Source: Vulcanimicrobiales bacterium
Lineage (GTDB): Bacteria > Vulcanimicrobiota > Vulcanimicrobiia > Vulcanimicrobiales > Vulcanimicrobiaceae
NCBI GenBank assembly: GCA_038231455.1
Contig: JBBRLI010000006.1
Span: forward strand, 96,001-160,000
Direction of reading: 5' to 3'
Length of the DNA stretch: 64,000 nucleotides
How positions within the stretch are numbered: the first letter of the stretch is position 1; each line of letters begins with the position of its first letter. The position numbers were made by a program, and so were the translations under genes. Positions 18,331-27,463 of the stretch are shown here, piece by piece. The notes beneath the pieces were generated by a model. It saw nothing but the letters and a program-made list of their open reading frames with translations. It ran no database searches and was not told the origin of the DNA.

Positions 18331-21300
18331 TTAAACGGTGATCGCCATTCCGCGATAAATACGCGAACGATAGCGACTGTCGTCGGCGGCGGGTAGTGGG
18401 CCGGATTCAAGGACGAGCGCGCGCGCGAAACGGTCGAGTTCTTCTTGTTGCTCGCTCGTATTACGCGGTTCTTCGCTTTGCACACGGCGCGTGACGTTGA
18501 TCTGATTGACCGGCACTTCATGCACGAGACGTTCGTTCTCGACGGCAATCGTTGCGGTAAGGGCGTGCAGTGTGGTCTTGATGAAATTCGCCAGCGCAAA
18601 TTCCACCGGGTTGCCGCCAAATGGAACGTCGGGGGAGACGAAGACCAGTCGCACGTCTTCGAGCAGTGACACCGTTCGTGCGACGCGAAAGTGATTGGTG
18701 ATATTCTCCTCGATCATCGCTTCGAATCCGGGTCCATCGAGAGCGTGATCGCCTTCGAAAAGCGCGTTCGGTAAGAGACCGAGCGGCATGGAGACGACAG
18801 CCGCCGGGTTCGGATATTCGCTCAGTGCGCGATCGAGCCCGGTCTCGAGGTCCGCGCCGATGACGATGTCGACGATGCGTTCCGCGATCGTCGATCCGAC
18901 GCGTTGACGGACGTGTTTTACTGCTTGTTGCGTGCACGTGATTAGCACCACGCGATCGACGCCGCACTCTTCGACATACGCACGGGCCGCGCGCACCATG
19001 TGTTCGATCGGATGCTCGCCGACGATCCAGACGTTTCGCCCGCGCAGTTGCGCCACGCGCTCGTCCTTCGAGCGACCGAAGAGTTCTCGCTCGGTAATCG
19101 AGCGTTCTTGGCGCAGACCGCCCGAGGGTTGAAACGTTTCGCCCGAGACGGCGCGATCGGCAAGGAAGTACACCGTCGCAAGCGCGACTTCGAGTTCGCT
19201 CGGCATATGCTGCAAATGCAGCATTTTTAGCACCCCCGACCGCACTTTTTCCGCTTCGCGTTCGACCTCGCGCGGTGCAAAGAATGGTTCGGCGGGACGT
19301 TGTGCGATGCCGCATTTGACGTCATCTGAGAGACGATGGCTGCGCTGCAAACGCTCGCAAAGCTTTCGTGAGATATCTTCGTCCATCAGCGCCGTAGCGA
19401 ATGATGAACCTTCGCTTGCGGCCGCCCCCTTCACGATTGCATCGCAGAGATTGCGCAGCGTCGCGGGCGTTGAAGGATCAGCGATGATCTCCGCAATGTC
19501 GTTCCGCATTGCCGCCTGCAGGAACAGATGCGTTTCGCCGCCCGTGCGCACGTGCGCGATCGCCGCGGCGTAGATTGCATTCAGTCTCTTTGCGGCTAAA
19601 ATCAGCTTGCCGCGGCGTTCGAAGAGACCCGGTCCGCCGCCCGTGCCGGCGAGACGGTCGCCCGCAACCGGTCCTGGGGCGATTGCGTTGATTTGAATTT
19701 CGGGACCGACGAATTGCGCGAGCGTCTCGACGATTGCGCGCTGCCCGGCTTTGGATACGGCATAGTCGCTTCGATTGGGATAGGCGACGGCAACGTATTT
19801 CTCTCCGCCGAAGTACGAGCTAACGTTAAGAATGTAGCCGCTGCCGCGCTTTTTCATCTCTGGAACGACGCGCGCCATCAGCGCAAAGTTCGAGATCAGG
19901 TTGGCTTTGAGCGTTCGGCGCCAGCTCTCGAGCGGCATATCGACGACCATTTGTTCGGCCCCCGCTATCCCGGCATTGTTAATGAGATAGTCGATCGAAC
20001 CGAACCGGGAAAGACCACGATCGATCGCAAGGGCGAGCGTCGCGTCGTCTGCGACATCGACGCCGTCGAGTGTTTCGATTCGCGCCGCGGCGTCGTCGTA
20101 GCCGATGGCCGTGAGTTCGCTAACGATATTCTTGCGCATCGTTGCGAGTTGATCCGCACGACGCGCAGCGATGATCACCCGCGCGCCCGCGATTGCCAGC
20201 AGTCGAGCGATCTGGCCGCCAATACCGGCGGAACCTCCCGTAATGAAGGCGACTTTGCCGCGATGGAGGCCGATGAGGCTCTCGCTTGCGCCAAACGTAG
20301 CGCGGGTCGCGCCCGTGCCTTCGCCAAGCGAATCGGGTAAGTACAGATTCACGGGCTTCGTGCGCCGGTTGGTGTAAAGAAGTTTCGCTGTCCACGCCGC
20401 TGCGAACCGCAGCCCTTCGTCTTCGGTATTCGTCCAGCGCACGATTTGATTTGACCAGTCGGCAAAGGGCCGTTTACCAGCCGACGCGTCGAGTTCCGAT
20501 TCGTCACGCCAAACGCGCACGAGCTGTTCTACCGCGGCGCGCCAGATATCGCCATAGACGTTGCCGCGACCGTCGTCTCCGTTCCCGAGAAAAACGACGC
20601 GCGGGTTAGCGCCGATGCGGGCGGTACTCCAATACCGTCCGAGTTCGCGCGCAATCACGATCGCGCCCACGATCTCGCCGTCCAAGAACGCGTCGACGTC
20701 CTCATCGCTGGCGTCGGCCAGCGGCTTGGTGAAATGCTTGGGACCGAACGCGGGCAAAATGACGGCGCCGTGCACGGCACCCGATGTGCGCCGCAACATC
20801 GTTGCGACCGCGTCGGGATCGCGCCGGTCGAGTGCGAGCGTGCGAATGTTGCGATCGAGTTCCAAGTCTCCGAGCTTCGAAGATGCGCTCGTGAGCGCCG
20901 CGTCGTTTGGGACGCTAAGCAAGACCGTAGCTCCGCATTCCGCGTGCGCTCGTGCAACGGCGATGCCGGCTTCGACATCTTCGCCTGAGACGACAAGCAC
21001 GGTACGTCCCGACGCATCGACGATGCGTAGACCGGGACGTGCGGTAAACGTGCTGCGACTTTCCTGTCGCACAAGCATGCCGTGCGTGATCTCGAAGTTG
21101 TGTCCGCTGATCGCGCCCGAATCGTCACTGCCGAGAAAAACCGTCGTGGATGCCACATCGCCAATCGTCGGAAACGGTGTGGCAGGAATGGCGTCCGTGC
21201 CGCCGTTCCGTGAGAGCGTCATCATATCGGTGATCTCGTTTGCCGTGGTGCCGGAAGGCGCGCTGCGGAGGGCGTCCATCGAAGCAAATACGCTATGGAT

Positions 21301-21966
21301 GCGCTCGCTCTCGATCGGGCCGGGAAAGACGGTATTCACGCGAATGCCGCGCTCGCCAAGTTCGTATGCCAGGCGCCGCGACCACGCATTGAGTGCAGCC
21401 TTTGGTACGACGTACCCCGCGCGTCCGAAATAGGCCGTGCGCGAAAAAATTGTGGAAATATTAATGATCGAGGCACCCGGCGCCAAATGTGGAGCTGCGG
21501 CGCGTACGACATTCCATGCCACGCCGAAAAGGTTTCGAGCGGCATCGCCGACCGTCTCGGTGTCGCTTGCACCACCCGCTCGCAGACGCTCGAGATCCGC
21601 GTTCGATATCGGCACGTTTTCGAGTTGTTGGCGTGGTCCGGCGGACCCGGCATTATTCACCAGGACGTCAATTCGGCCGAAGTGCTCGAGGATGCGTGCA
21701 ATACCCGCACGCGCTTGCACGGGATCGCCTGCGTCAAATGGGCTCACGAAGATGCGATCGGCATCAACGTCGGTCTCGGCGATCAGCTTGATTCGGGCGT
21801 TGGCAAGTTTGTCGCCGTCACGCCCGACCATGGCAATCCGTGCTCCCTCAGCAAGGTAACGGCGCGATATTTCGCCGCCAATATTGCCCGCGGCTCCCGT
21901 GATGACCGCGACCTTGCCCGCAAGTCGCAAAACGGGGAGAGACCGGACCGAGTCGACTGAAGCCAT
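18331..21966 (-). CDS. mcr: Bifunctional malonyl-CoA reductase (3-hydroxypropionate-forming), Chloroflexus type
   Basis: About 1210 aa tandem-SDR protein collinear with Chloroflexus Mcr as I recall it: RLAGKVAVITGAAGNIG, NNAGSAG, YVVPK, ESLIGLH.GKVAFITGGSAGIGGQI, SSYFGGEK..YPNRSDYAVSKAGQR, FALANFIKTTLHA, ends RIYRGMAITV; alternative start 21984. Confidence 0.93.
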   Translation of the reverse strand: MASVDSVRSLPVLRLAGKVAVITGAAGNIGGEISRRYLAEGARIAMVGRDGDKLANARIKLIAETDVDADRIFVSPFDAGDPVQARAGIARILEHFGRIDVLVNNAGSAGPRQQLENVPISNADLERLRAGGASDTETVGDAARNLFGVAWNVVRAAAPHLAPGASIINISTIFSRTAYFGRAGYVVPKAALNAWSRRLAYELGERGIRVNTVFPGPIESERIHSVFASMDALRSAPSGTTANEITDMMTLSRNGGTDAIPATPFPTIGDVASTTVFLGSDDSGAISGHNFEITHGMLVRQESRSTFTARPGLRIVDASGRTVLVVSGEDVEAGIAVARAHAECGATVLLSVPNDAALTSASSKLGDLELDRNIRTLALDRRDPDAVATMLRRTSGAVHGAVILPAFGPKHFTKPLADASDEDVDAFLDGEIVGAIVIARELGRYWSTARIGANPRVVFLGNGDDGRGNVYGDIWRAAVEQLVRVWRDESELDASAGKRPFADWSNQIVRWTNTEDEGLRFAAAWTAKLLYTNRRTKPVNLYLPDSLGEGTGATRATFGASESLIGLHRGKVAFITGGSAGIGGQIARLLAIAGARVIIAARRADQLATMRKNIVSELTAIGYDDAAARIETLDGVDVADDATLALAIDRGLSRFGSIDYLINNAGIAGAEQMVVDMPLESWRRTLKANLISNFALMARVVPEMKKRGSGYILNVSSYFGGEKYVAVAYPNRSDYAVSKAGQRAIVETLAQFVGPEIQINAIAPGPVAGDRLAGTGGGPGLFERRGKLILAAKRLNAIYAAAIAHVRTGGETHLFLQAAMRNDIAEIIADPSTPATLRNLCDAIVKGAAASEGSSFATALMDEDISRKLCERLQRSHRLSDDVKCGIAQRPAEPFFAPREVEREAEKVRSGVLKMLHLQHMPSELEVALATVYFLADRAVSGETFQPSGGLRQERSITERELFGRSKDERVAQLRGRNVWIVGEHPIEHMVRAARAYVEECGVDRVVLITCTQQAVKHVRQRVGSTIAERIVDIVIGADLETGLDRALSEYPNPAAVVSMPLGLLPNALFEGDHALDGPGFEAMIEENITNHFRVARTVSLLEDVRLVFVSPDVPFGGNPVEFALANFIKTTLHALTATIAVENERLVHEVPVNQINVTRRVQSEEPRNTSEQQEELDRFARALVLESGPLPAADDSRYRSRIYRGMAITV

Positions 21967-22020
21967 CCTGAACGTGATCCCCACAAGAGAAGAAGCCGTT
22001 GGTCGCCAGAAGCCCCCTTA

Positions 22021-22060
22021 TAATACCCAACCATTGATGAATAGCAACCCATCCAATGGT
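22021..22060 (-). promoter_or_regulatory. Putative mcr promoter with overlapping inverted repeat
   Basis: Minus strand TTGCTA-16 nt-TATTAT; ACCATTG-N17-CAATGGT at 22030-22060. Confidence 0.5.
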
Positions 22061-22179
22061 AGAATCTTTGGCGGGGTCTGCCTGAACCGGAAAAAATCTT
22101 CCGGGGGAGGACGCCTGTCGGTAGCCGGGCGAGTCGGGCTGCCGGATACCGAGAACCGAATAGACATCAACGGCGCCCG

Positions 22180-24702
22180 CTACGGGAGATGTAGACGGAT
22201 CGCGTGCCAGACGAGGCCCGGCTCGTACCGGTGGGTCACGACGCCCGTCTCGTGATCCATGGCGTAGAGTCGTAGCCAGCGATTATCGACCAGGTTGCGG
22301 ACCGAATCGTGCTTCGCGATAACGGCATCCATCGCGGCCGTTGGAGCAGCGATGATCACATTGAGACGTTGCGGCTCGTGCATGAACCGCTCCCCATCGT
22401 GCACCGATTGCCAGGGAAGCCCAACCCGAAGATCGCCAGCGTTCCCTTCGAGCACCCCAAGACACCCGGTGACGTTGTGTAAGACCTTATTGCCGGCGCC
22501 GAAGAGTCGATTGTTCACGACCGAACCGTAATATTGAAGATTGATCCAGCTTGCAACGACCATCGGCGCCACCATGATCAGTTCGAGGACGCCGCGGGTC
22601 GTGTCGAGATCGAAGCGGTAATCGTGCAAAAAGGCGCGGCCTTCGAAATCGATGCCGCGCGTGAACTCACGCGGCGCGGCGATGAATGCCGCGTTGTTTG
22701 CCAGTGCCCATTCGGGCCGCACTTGCGCCCAATCGCGGCTACGCACCAGCACGCGACGGTCCGTGTTCTCATCGACCGGGATACCCATGAGCGGCGCGCG
22801 TTCGCGCCGCGTGATCGCGCTCGAGGTTCGAAGCCACCCGTGAACGTCGGTAATTAGCGGGCGATGCGAGCTTGGCAACCGATCCTCATCGTAGATCGTA
22901 ATTTCATCGGTCGTTGTGTCGTGCAGGCAGCCTAGGAACCATGTATCATCTGGAATATCGATTCCGCGGCTACGCAGGCCGACGCGAACACCCGGATCGT
23001 TGCAGATGTCCGCTGCCACGCGCGCGTTGGCCTCGCCGGTATGCCCGCCACATGCTCCGCAATCGAGTCCCGATGCGTGCGGGTTGTTGACGGTCGTGCT
23101 ACCGTGACCGACCATCATGACCAGCGGCGCGAAGTTTCCTTTCATTGACATCGCGCCGAGCACGGCTTCCGCCATGTCGATCTTTTTTTCATCGGTAAAT
23201 CCGGTCGGGCTTCCGCCATCGTTACGCGCCTCGATTTCGGGACCGAGCTTTTGAATCGTCGTCGCGTCAAGACCGTCCGTATTGGGGTCGGTGGTCGGTC
23301 GCGTGAGTGCAAGGCTATCGGTCAGAATTTTACCCGCGAACAAGATGCCGCCGGTTTTGACGAAAATGAACGATGAAACAGCCGAGAGTTTAAACGACTT
23401 CCAGGCCTTATACGCGCGTCGTCGCAAGAGCCGCAGACCGAGGATCTCGGCGTTATCATCGCGCGAGACGCTTTGAACGACTTGTCGTACCGTAAATGCG
23501 GGCGTGAGCAGGACGGGACACTGCGCACCTCCGCGCAGGTGTCCGATCGGCACGTACTCGATCGGGTAGCCAAAGAAACCCGCAAATCCAATCGTTTGCA
23601 CACCCGGCGCTACGCTCTCTAAGGCCCGCCGGTACACTTCGGAACGAACGTCGATGCAGAAAGCCGCTTGCAACTGCGGGCGCGCAGCAACTGCAACGAC
23701 GGCGGGGGATCCGAGCTTCGCGAGAAGCCGCCGCTCGTACGCCGCCTCGTATGCTTCTTGCGCAAGAATATCGATGCTCAGTTCGGGATCATCCCCGAGT
23801 CGCTCGTCCAGCGGAATTGAGGCAGCGTCGTGCATCGCGCGCTCCCAAGCAGAACGGAATTCCGTATCGGAGCGTTGCATGAAAAGCGCGTATCCCCAAA
23901 CCACGCGGATCGCGAGCAACTGAACCAGTGCATCGTTGGTGCCGCCGTAGAGTTCGCTCTCCCAGACGAGATACCGCGCGTACGATGCCCAACCCGCGAT
24001 GTCGAGGAGCGTTTGATGCAAGTACTCGACGAGTGCACGCGGTGGGACGCCGAGCTTCTCGACGACTTCCGCGATAGCTGCGACGGGATCAGCCGGCATG
24101 CTTGCCACGATCCGGCGGAAGCCGGCGATGCCCATGACTTCGGGATTGCGATCGTACTGCATTGCTGCGCGCCACGCGGCAAACGGTCGTAGTTCGCGCT
24201 CGGGTAATTGCCAGACCGTCTGTCCTTCATCAAAATACGCCGCGCTGAATCGTGAAATCTCATCGATCATGAACGCGGTGCCCGAGACCTGGCGATTGCC
24301 CTCGGCGAGCGCGTCGATGATCTCCGCGACACTAGCGACGTGCGCGGGGTGCTTTCTGCGTGCACCTTCCTCCAGCGCGAGCGACTCTTTGAATTCCGCT
24401 ACCGTCTTGGGTGCCTGCCATTCGTGCGGCGCAGCGAAGAGCGCCGTCGCGATATCGGCGTCTTCGATTCGTCCGCTCGCGAGCGCTTCGCGGTAGAACG
24501 AGCGCGGCATCAGCATATCGGCACGCGCCACCCGGTACATCGTGGCGCACGTCGCGTGAAAGCTTTGGTGCGTGAATCCAAGAAATGGATTGACGGCGAC
24601 AAAGTGTTTGAGCGGCCAGAGCGGCGCAATGCGATTGCAGGCTTGTGCGATCACCGATTCGAGATCGATTGTCTTGAGCGTTTCGGGAACGTTGAGGGTC
24701 AT
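22180..24702 (-). CDS. dabA: DabA (DUF2309) beta-carbonic-anhydrase-like subunit of DAB inorganic carbon pump
   Basis: APLWPLKHFVAVNPF, FCIDVRSE, GFAGFFG, GHGS, LDCGACGG (Cys/Asp/His/Cys Zn-site residues present), RPEWAL. Confidence 0.95.
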   Translation of the reverse strand: MTLNVPETLKTIDLESVIAQACNRIAPLWPLKHFVAVNPFLGFTHQSFHATCATMYRVARADMLMPRSFYREALASGRIEDADIATALFAAPHEWQAPKTVAEFKESLALEEGARRKHPAHVASVAEIIDALAEGNRQVSGTAFMIDEISRFSAAYFDEGQTVWQLPERELRPFAAWRAAMQYDRNPEVMGIAGFRRIVASMPADPVAAIAEVVEKLGVPPRALVEYLHQTLLDIAGWASYARYLVWESELYGGTNDALVQLLAIRVVWGYALFMQRSDTEFRSAWERAMHDAASIPLDERLGDDPELSIDILAQEAYEAAYERRLLAKLGSPAVVAVAARPQLQAAFCIDVRSEVYRRALESVAPGVQTIGFAGFFGYPIEYVPIGHLRGGAQCPVLLTPAFTVRQVVQSVSRDDNAEILGLRLLRRRAYKAWKSFKLSAVSSFIFVKTGGILFAGKILTDSLALTRPTTDPNTDGLDATTIQKLGPEIEARNDGGSPTGFTDEKKIDMAEAVLGAMSMKGNFAPLVMMVGHGSTTVNNPHASGLDCGACGGHTGEANARVAADICNDPGVRVGLRSRGIDIPDDTWFLGCLHDTTTDEITIYDEDRLPSSHRPLITDVHGWLRTSSAITRRERAPLMGIPVDENTDRRVLVRSRDWAQVRPEWALANNAAFIAAPREFTRGIDFEGRAFLHDYRFDLDTTRGVLELIMVAPMVVASWINLQYYGSVVNNRLFGAGNKVLHNVTGCLGVLEGNAGDLRVGLPWQSVHDGERFMHEPQRLNVIIAAPTAAMDAVIAKHDSVRNLVDNRWLRLYAMDHETGVVTHRYEPGLVWHAIRLHLP

Positions 24703-24705
24703 TTG

Positions 24706-26316
24706 CTACAACGGCCTCGCGGTGGATGAGAGCGGTTTTGGCGCGGGCGCCGGCCAGAGGCGCACGACGATACGGTTCGCTAGCGTGTTGACATACAGGC
24801 CGTTTGCAACGTGGGCATACATCGCGCGCCATCGGGGCGAAGTAAAGCGGCCCGGCACCCAGTTTTGCAAAAACACGATAACGGCAAAGGCCACGATGAC
24901 CGCTCCGACCAGGGCGATGTCGAGCGGGCCGCGGGCAGGCGCCGCCGGCACCGCGCCGGCAAGCAGAAATTCCATCGTGTACTGGAGGCCAAAATACGCC
25001 GCTGCGATCGCGATGGCCGTCAGCACGGTCCGGCCGACAACGTAGAAGTTGGGCCGGTTTTCAATGCTGCGCGCGAGCAGGTGGACGATGCTGAGCAGCA
25101 GCGTTGCGCCGAGCGCGAACACGCCCGGCTTTTCGGCGATGTCCGCGCCGAAGAGGCGCCCGACGATCGCGACCGCAGCAATGACCATGATGATGACGAA
25201 AATCAAACGCCCCGCGTTCGGTTTGCCTTCGGGCTTTGGCGTGTACGAAGCGCGGGAGATGTCGATCACGCTACCCGAGGATAAGAACGCGTGTGCTTTG
25301 TAGCATGAGTGCGCGACGATGTGCAGGAGCGCTGCGGGAAACGCTCCGATTCCGCACTCGAAGAGCATAAATCCCATCTGCGCCACCGTCGAGTACGCGA
25401 GTGTCACCTTGATGGAACTCTGGGTTAGCATCACCACCGAGCCAAAGAGCGCGGTGAAGCCGCCCACGATGACCAGCGTGTCGAGCGCAGGCAGCGAGAG
25501 CACGATTAAACCGGCAAAGCGCAAGACAAGAAAACCACCGGCATTGATGATGCCGGCGTGCAGCAGCGAAGAAACGGGTGTCGGCGTTTCCATCACTTCG
25601 ATCAGCCAACCGTGTGTCGGGAATTGGGCCGAGGTGAGCAGTGCCGCTAGCACCAGCAACATCGCGGCAACCGAGATGCCGCCGGGCACCGTTGCACCGT
25701 GCAACGCGGCGACGCCGGCGAATACCACACCGTAATCGAGGCTCCCGAAATTGAAGTAGATGAGCACGGCGGCTGCGACGATGCACGTCTCAGCAAGCCG
25801 GCTGACAATAAACTTCTTGCGTCCGGCGAGCACGGCTGCGGGACGGCCGGGATAGAACAAGAGTAATTGCTGCAGGCAGAGCGCCGTCGCGATCCAGGCG
25901 AAGGCGAGCAGCGCTACGTTTCCGGCAATAATTGCGATCAGAATCGAGGCGAGCGTGAGGCAGAGGAATCGCGTGAAACGTACATGCGCCGGATCGCCGT
26001 CGAGGTAGTTCTTGCTGTACAGCGTGACGATGACGCCGACGAAAGCAACGAGGCAATACATCGTGGCGCTAAGCGAGTCGAGGTAGAGTGCCAAGCCGAC
26101 CCCATTCGCACCGAGTGTCTCGGTGTGGAGCGGCCCCTTCGCAACAACCGCGACCGCCGCCGAAACGGCGGTAAGTAGCGCGACGCCGGCGGCCGCAATC
26201 GCGAGCCGATTATACCGTACGGCGGCGCGCAATTTCCGTTCTCCGGGTAGCAGTCCGACCAAGAGCAAACCAATTGGCCCCGCAGCGGCCAGCCACAAGC
26301 TATTCACCCAAGTCAA
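24706..26316 (-). CDS. dabB: DabB NuoL/MrpA-like membrane subunit of DAB pump
   Basis: SAQFPTHGWLIEVMETPTPVSSLLHAGIINAGG, LAYSTVAQMGFM, HSCYKAHAFL; 3 bp from dabA. Confidence 0.93.
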   Translation of the reverse strand: MTWVNSLWLAAAGPIGLLLVGLLPGERKLRAAVRYNRLAIAAAGVALLTAVSAAVAVVAKGPLHTETLGANGVGLALYLDSLSATMYCLVAFVGVIVTLYSKNYLDGDPAHVRFTRFLCLTLASILIAIIAGNVALLAFAWIATALCLQQLLLFYPGRPAAVLAGRKKFIVSRLAETCIVAAAVLIYFNFGSLDYGVVFAGVAALHGATVPGGISVAAMLLVLAALLTSAQFPTHGWLIEVMETPTPVSSLLHAGIINAGGFLVLRFAGLIVLSLPALDTLVIVGGFTALFGSVVMLTQSSIKVTLAYSTVAQMGFMLFECGIGAFPAALLHIVAHSCYKAHAFLSSGSVIDISRASYTPKPEGKPNAGRLIFVIIMVIAAVAIVGRLFGADIAEKPGVFALGATLLLSIVHLLARSIENRPNFYVVGRTVLTAIAIAAAYFGLQYTMEFLLAGAVPAAPARGPLDIALVGAVIVAFAVIVFLQNWVPGRFTSPRWRAMYAHVANGLYVNTLANRIVVRLWPAPAPKPLSSTARPL

Positions 26317-26435
26317 CGTACGCCACGCCTTTCGTTTAAAACACTCGTGATGGAGTTAATCAAAGCGAGGCCGCCTAAAAGGGAGGCGACGATCACTCGA
26401 ACGAGCCCTGCAGGGACTGGACACACGAATCGCAT

Positions 26436-26467
26436 AACATGAACTCTATTGCATGTTTTGATACCAT
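26436..26467. promoter_or_regulatory. Candidate operator and extended -10 between dabB and its divergent regulator
   Basis: AACATG-N10-CATGTT (26436-26457); TGaTACCAT ending 6 nt before GTG 26474. Confidence 0.5.
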
Positions 26468-26473
26468 AGTCGC

Positions 26474-26782
26474 GTGAGTGTCGTCAAGAAGCGCGCCGTC
26501 GGATCCGAGGCGCGAACCGGCTGGACGTTTTTGACCAATCACGCGCATGTCTTGATCGCGCTTACGCGCGACCCGTTAGCGCGTGTTCGAGACCTCGCGC
26601 TCTCGGTTGGCATCACCGAGCGAGCGATTTTGCAAATCCTTTCCGACCTCGAAGCGGGCGGCGTGATCGAGCGCCTGCGCGAGGGCCGCCGGAACACCTA
26701 CCGGATCAATAAAGAGGTCCGTTTGCGACACCCGCTCGAGTCCAACCACCGAATCGATGAGCTTCTGACGCTCGCGCGATAA
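26474..26782 (+). CDS. Winged-helix (MarR/ArsR-like) transcriptional regulator
   Basis: WTFLTNHAHVL, VGITERA..IL.DL, R.GRRN.Y, LRHPLE. Confidence 0.88.
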   Translation: MSVVKKRAVGSEARTGWTFLTNHAHVLIALTRDPLARVRDLALSVGITERAILQILSDLEAGGVIERLREGRRNTYRINKEVRLRHPLESNHRIDELLTLAR

Positions 26783-26942
26783 GCCGCATCGCGAATGGCG
26801 AGGCAAATCCAGAACCGGTTCGCTCACTGATGTAAATCGCGGCTTCGCCATATTCTGATTCAGGCGCAGCACGTCGGTGTCGGCAGCTTCCTGAGTTCAT
26901 TTGTCGCGTCGCTCGATGGCGGCTCCGCGGTGGACACAACAC

Positions 26943-27005
26943 TTGCCCTGGGGAGGCCCGAGGGCGTATAGTGGGTGAAAGTGGTGTCTAGTGGGAGCTA
27001 GTGGG
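26943..27005 (+). promoter_or_regulatory. dcw promoter and MraZ-binding direct repeats
   Basis: TTGCCC-18 nt-TATAGT; four AGTGG repeats with exact 10-bp period at 26970, 26980, 26990, 27000. Confidence 0.85.
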
Positions 27006-27013
27006 GATATTTT

Positions 27014-27460
27014 TTGGCCGCCGATCGACCGCTCTTTACCGGGTCAGTCGAACACAGCCTTGACGACAAGGGTCGCCTCGTCGTGCCCGCCCGCTTCCGC
27101 GAACGCCTCGGCGCCGGCTTCTTCTTAACGATCGCCGAGCCCGACCCGTGCCTCGCCCTCTACCCGGCCCCGACGTGGGCCGAGTTCTGCGCCAAGCTCG
27201 AAGCCGCGCCGACTAAGGACGCGCGCTACCGGAGCTTCGTCCGGCACGTCTTCGCGAATACGGAAGAACTCTCGTGCGATAACCAGGGACGCCTCGTCAT
27301 CCCCGGTCATCTGCGTGCCCACGCGAAAATCGAAAAAGACGTTGTCTCCGTTGGTTCGCTCACGCGTATCGAAGTCTGGGGTCGCGAACGCTATAAAGAG
27401 CAAGCCAAGGCTGCGGCGACGGAGTTGTTCGACTTCGCCACCGAGCTTGGGCTGTATTAG
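27014..27460 (+). CDS. mraZ: Transcriptional regulator MraZ
   Basis: LDDKGRLVVPARFR and CDNQGRLVIP repeats. Confidence 0.95.
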   Translation: MAADRPLFTGSVEHSLDDKGRLVVPARFRERLGAGFFLTIAEPDPCLALYPAPTWAEFCAKLEAAPTKDARYRSFVRHVFANTEELSCDNQGRLVIPGHLRAHAKIEKDVVSVGSLTRIEVWGRERYKEQAKAAATELFDFATELGLY

Positions 27461-27463
27461 TGC

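Noticed and set aside
24706-26316. NuoL of respiratory complex I or MrpA antiporter
   Set aside because: No other nuo/mrp genes; coupled to DUF2309, which defines DabB
5650-26900. Integrated mobile element carrying the metal and carbon genes
   Set aside because: No integrase, transposase, tRNA target or flanking direct repeats seen; accessory origin remains unproven
26970-27005. Periodic AGTGG repeats as CRISPR or iteron
   Set aside because: 10-bp period directly upstream of mraZ matches the known MraZ operator
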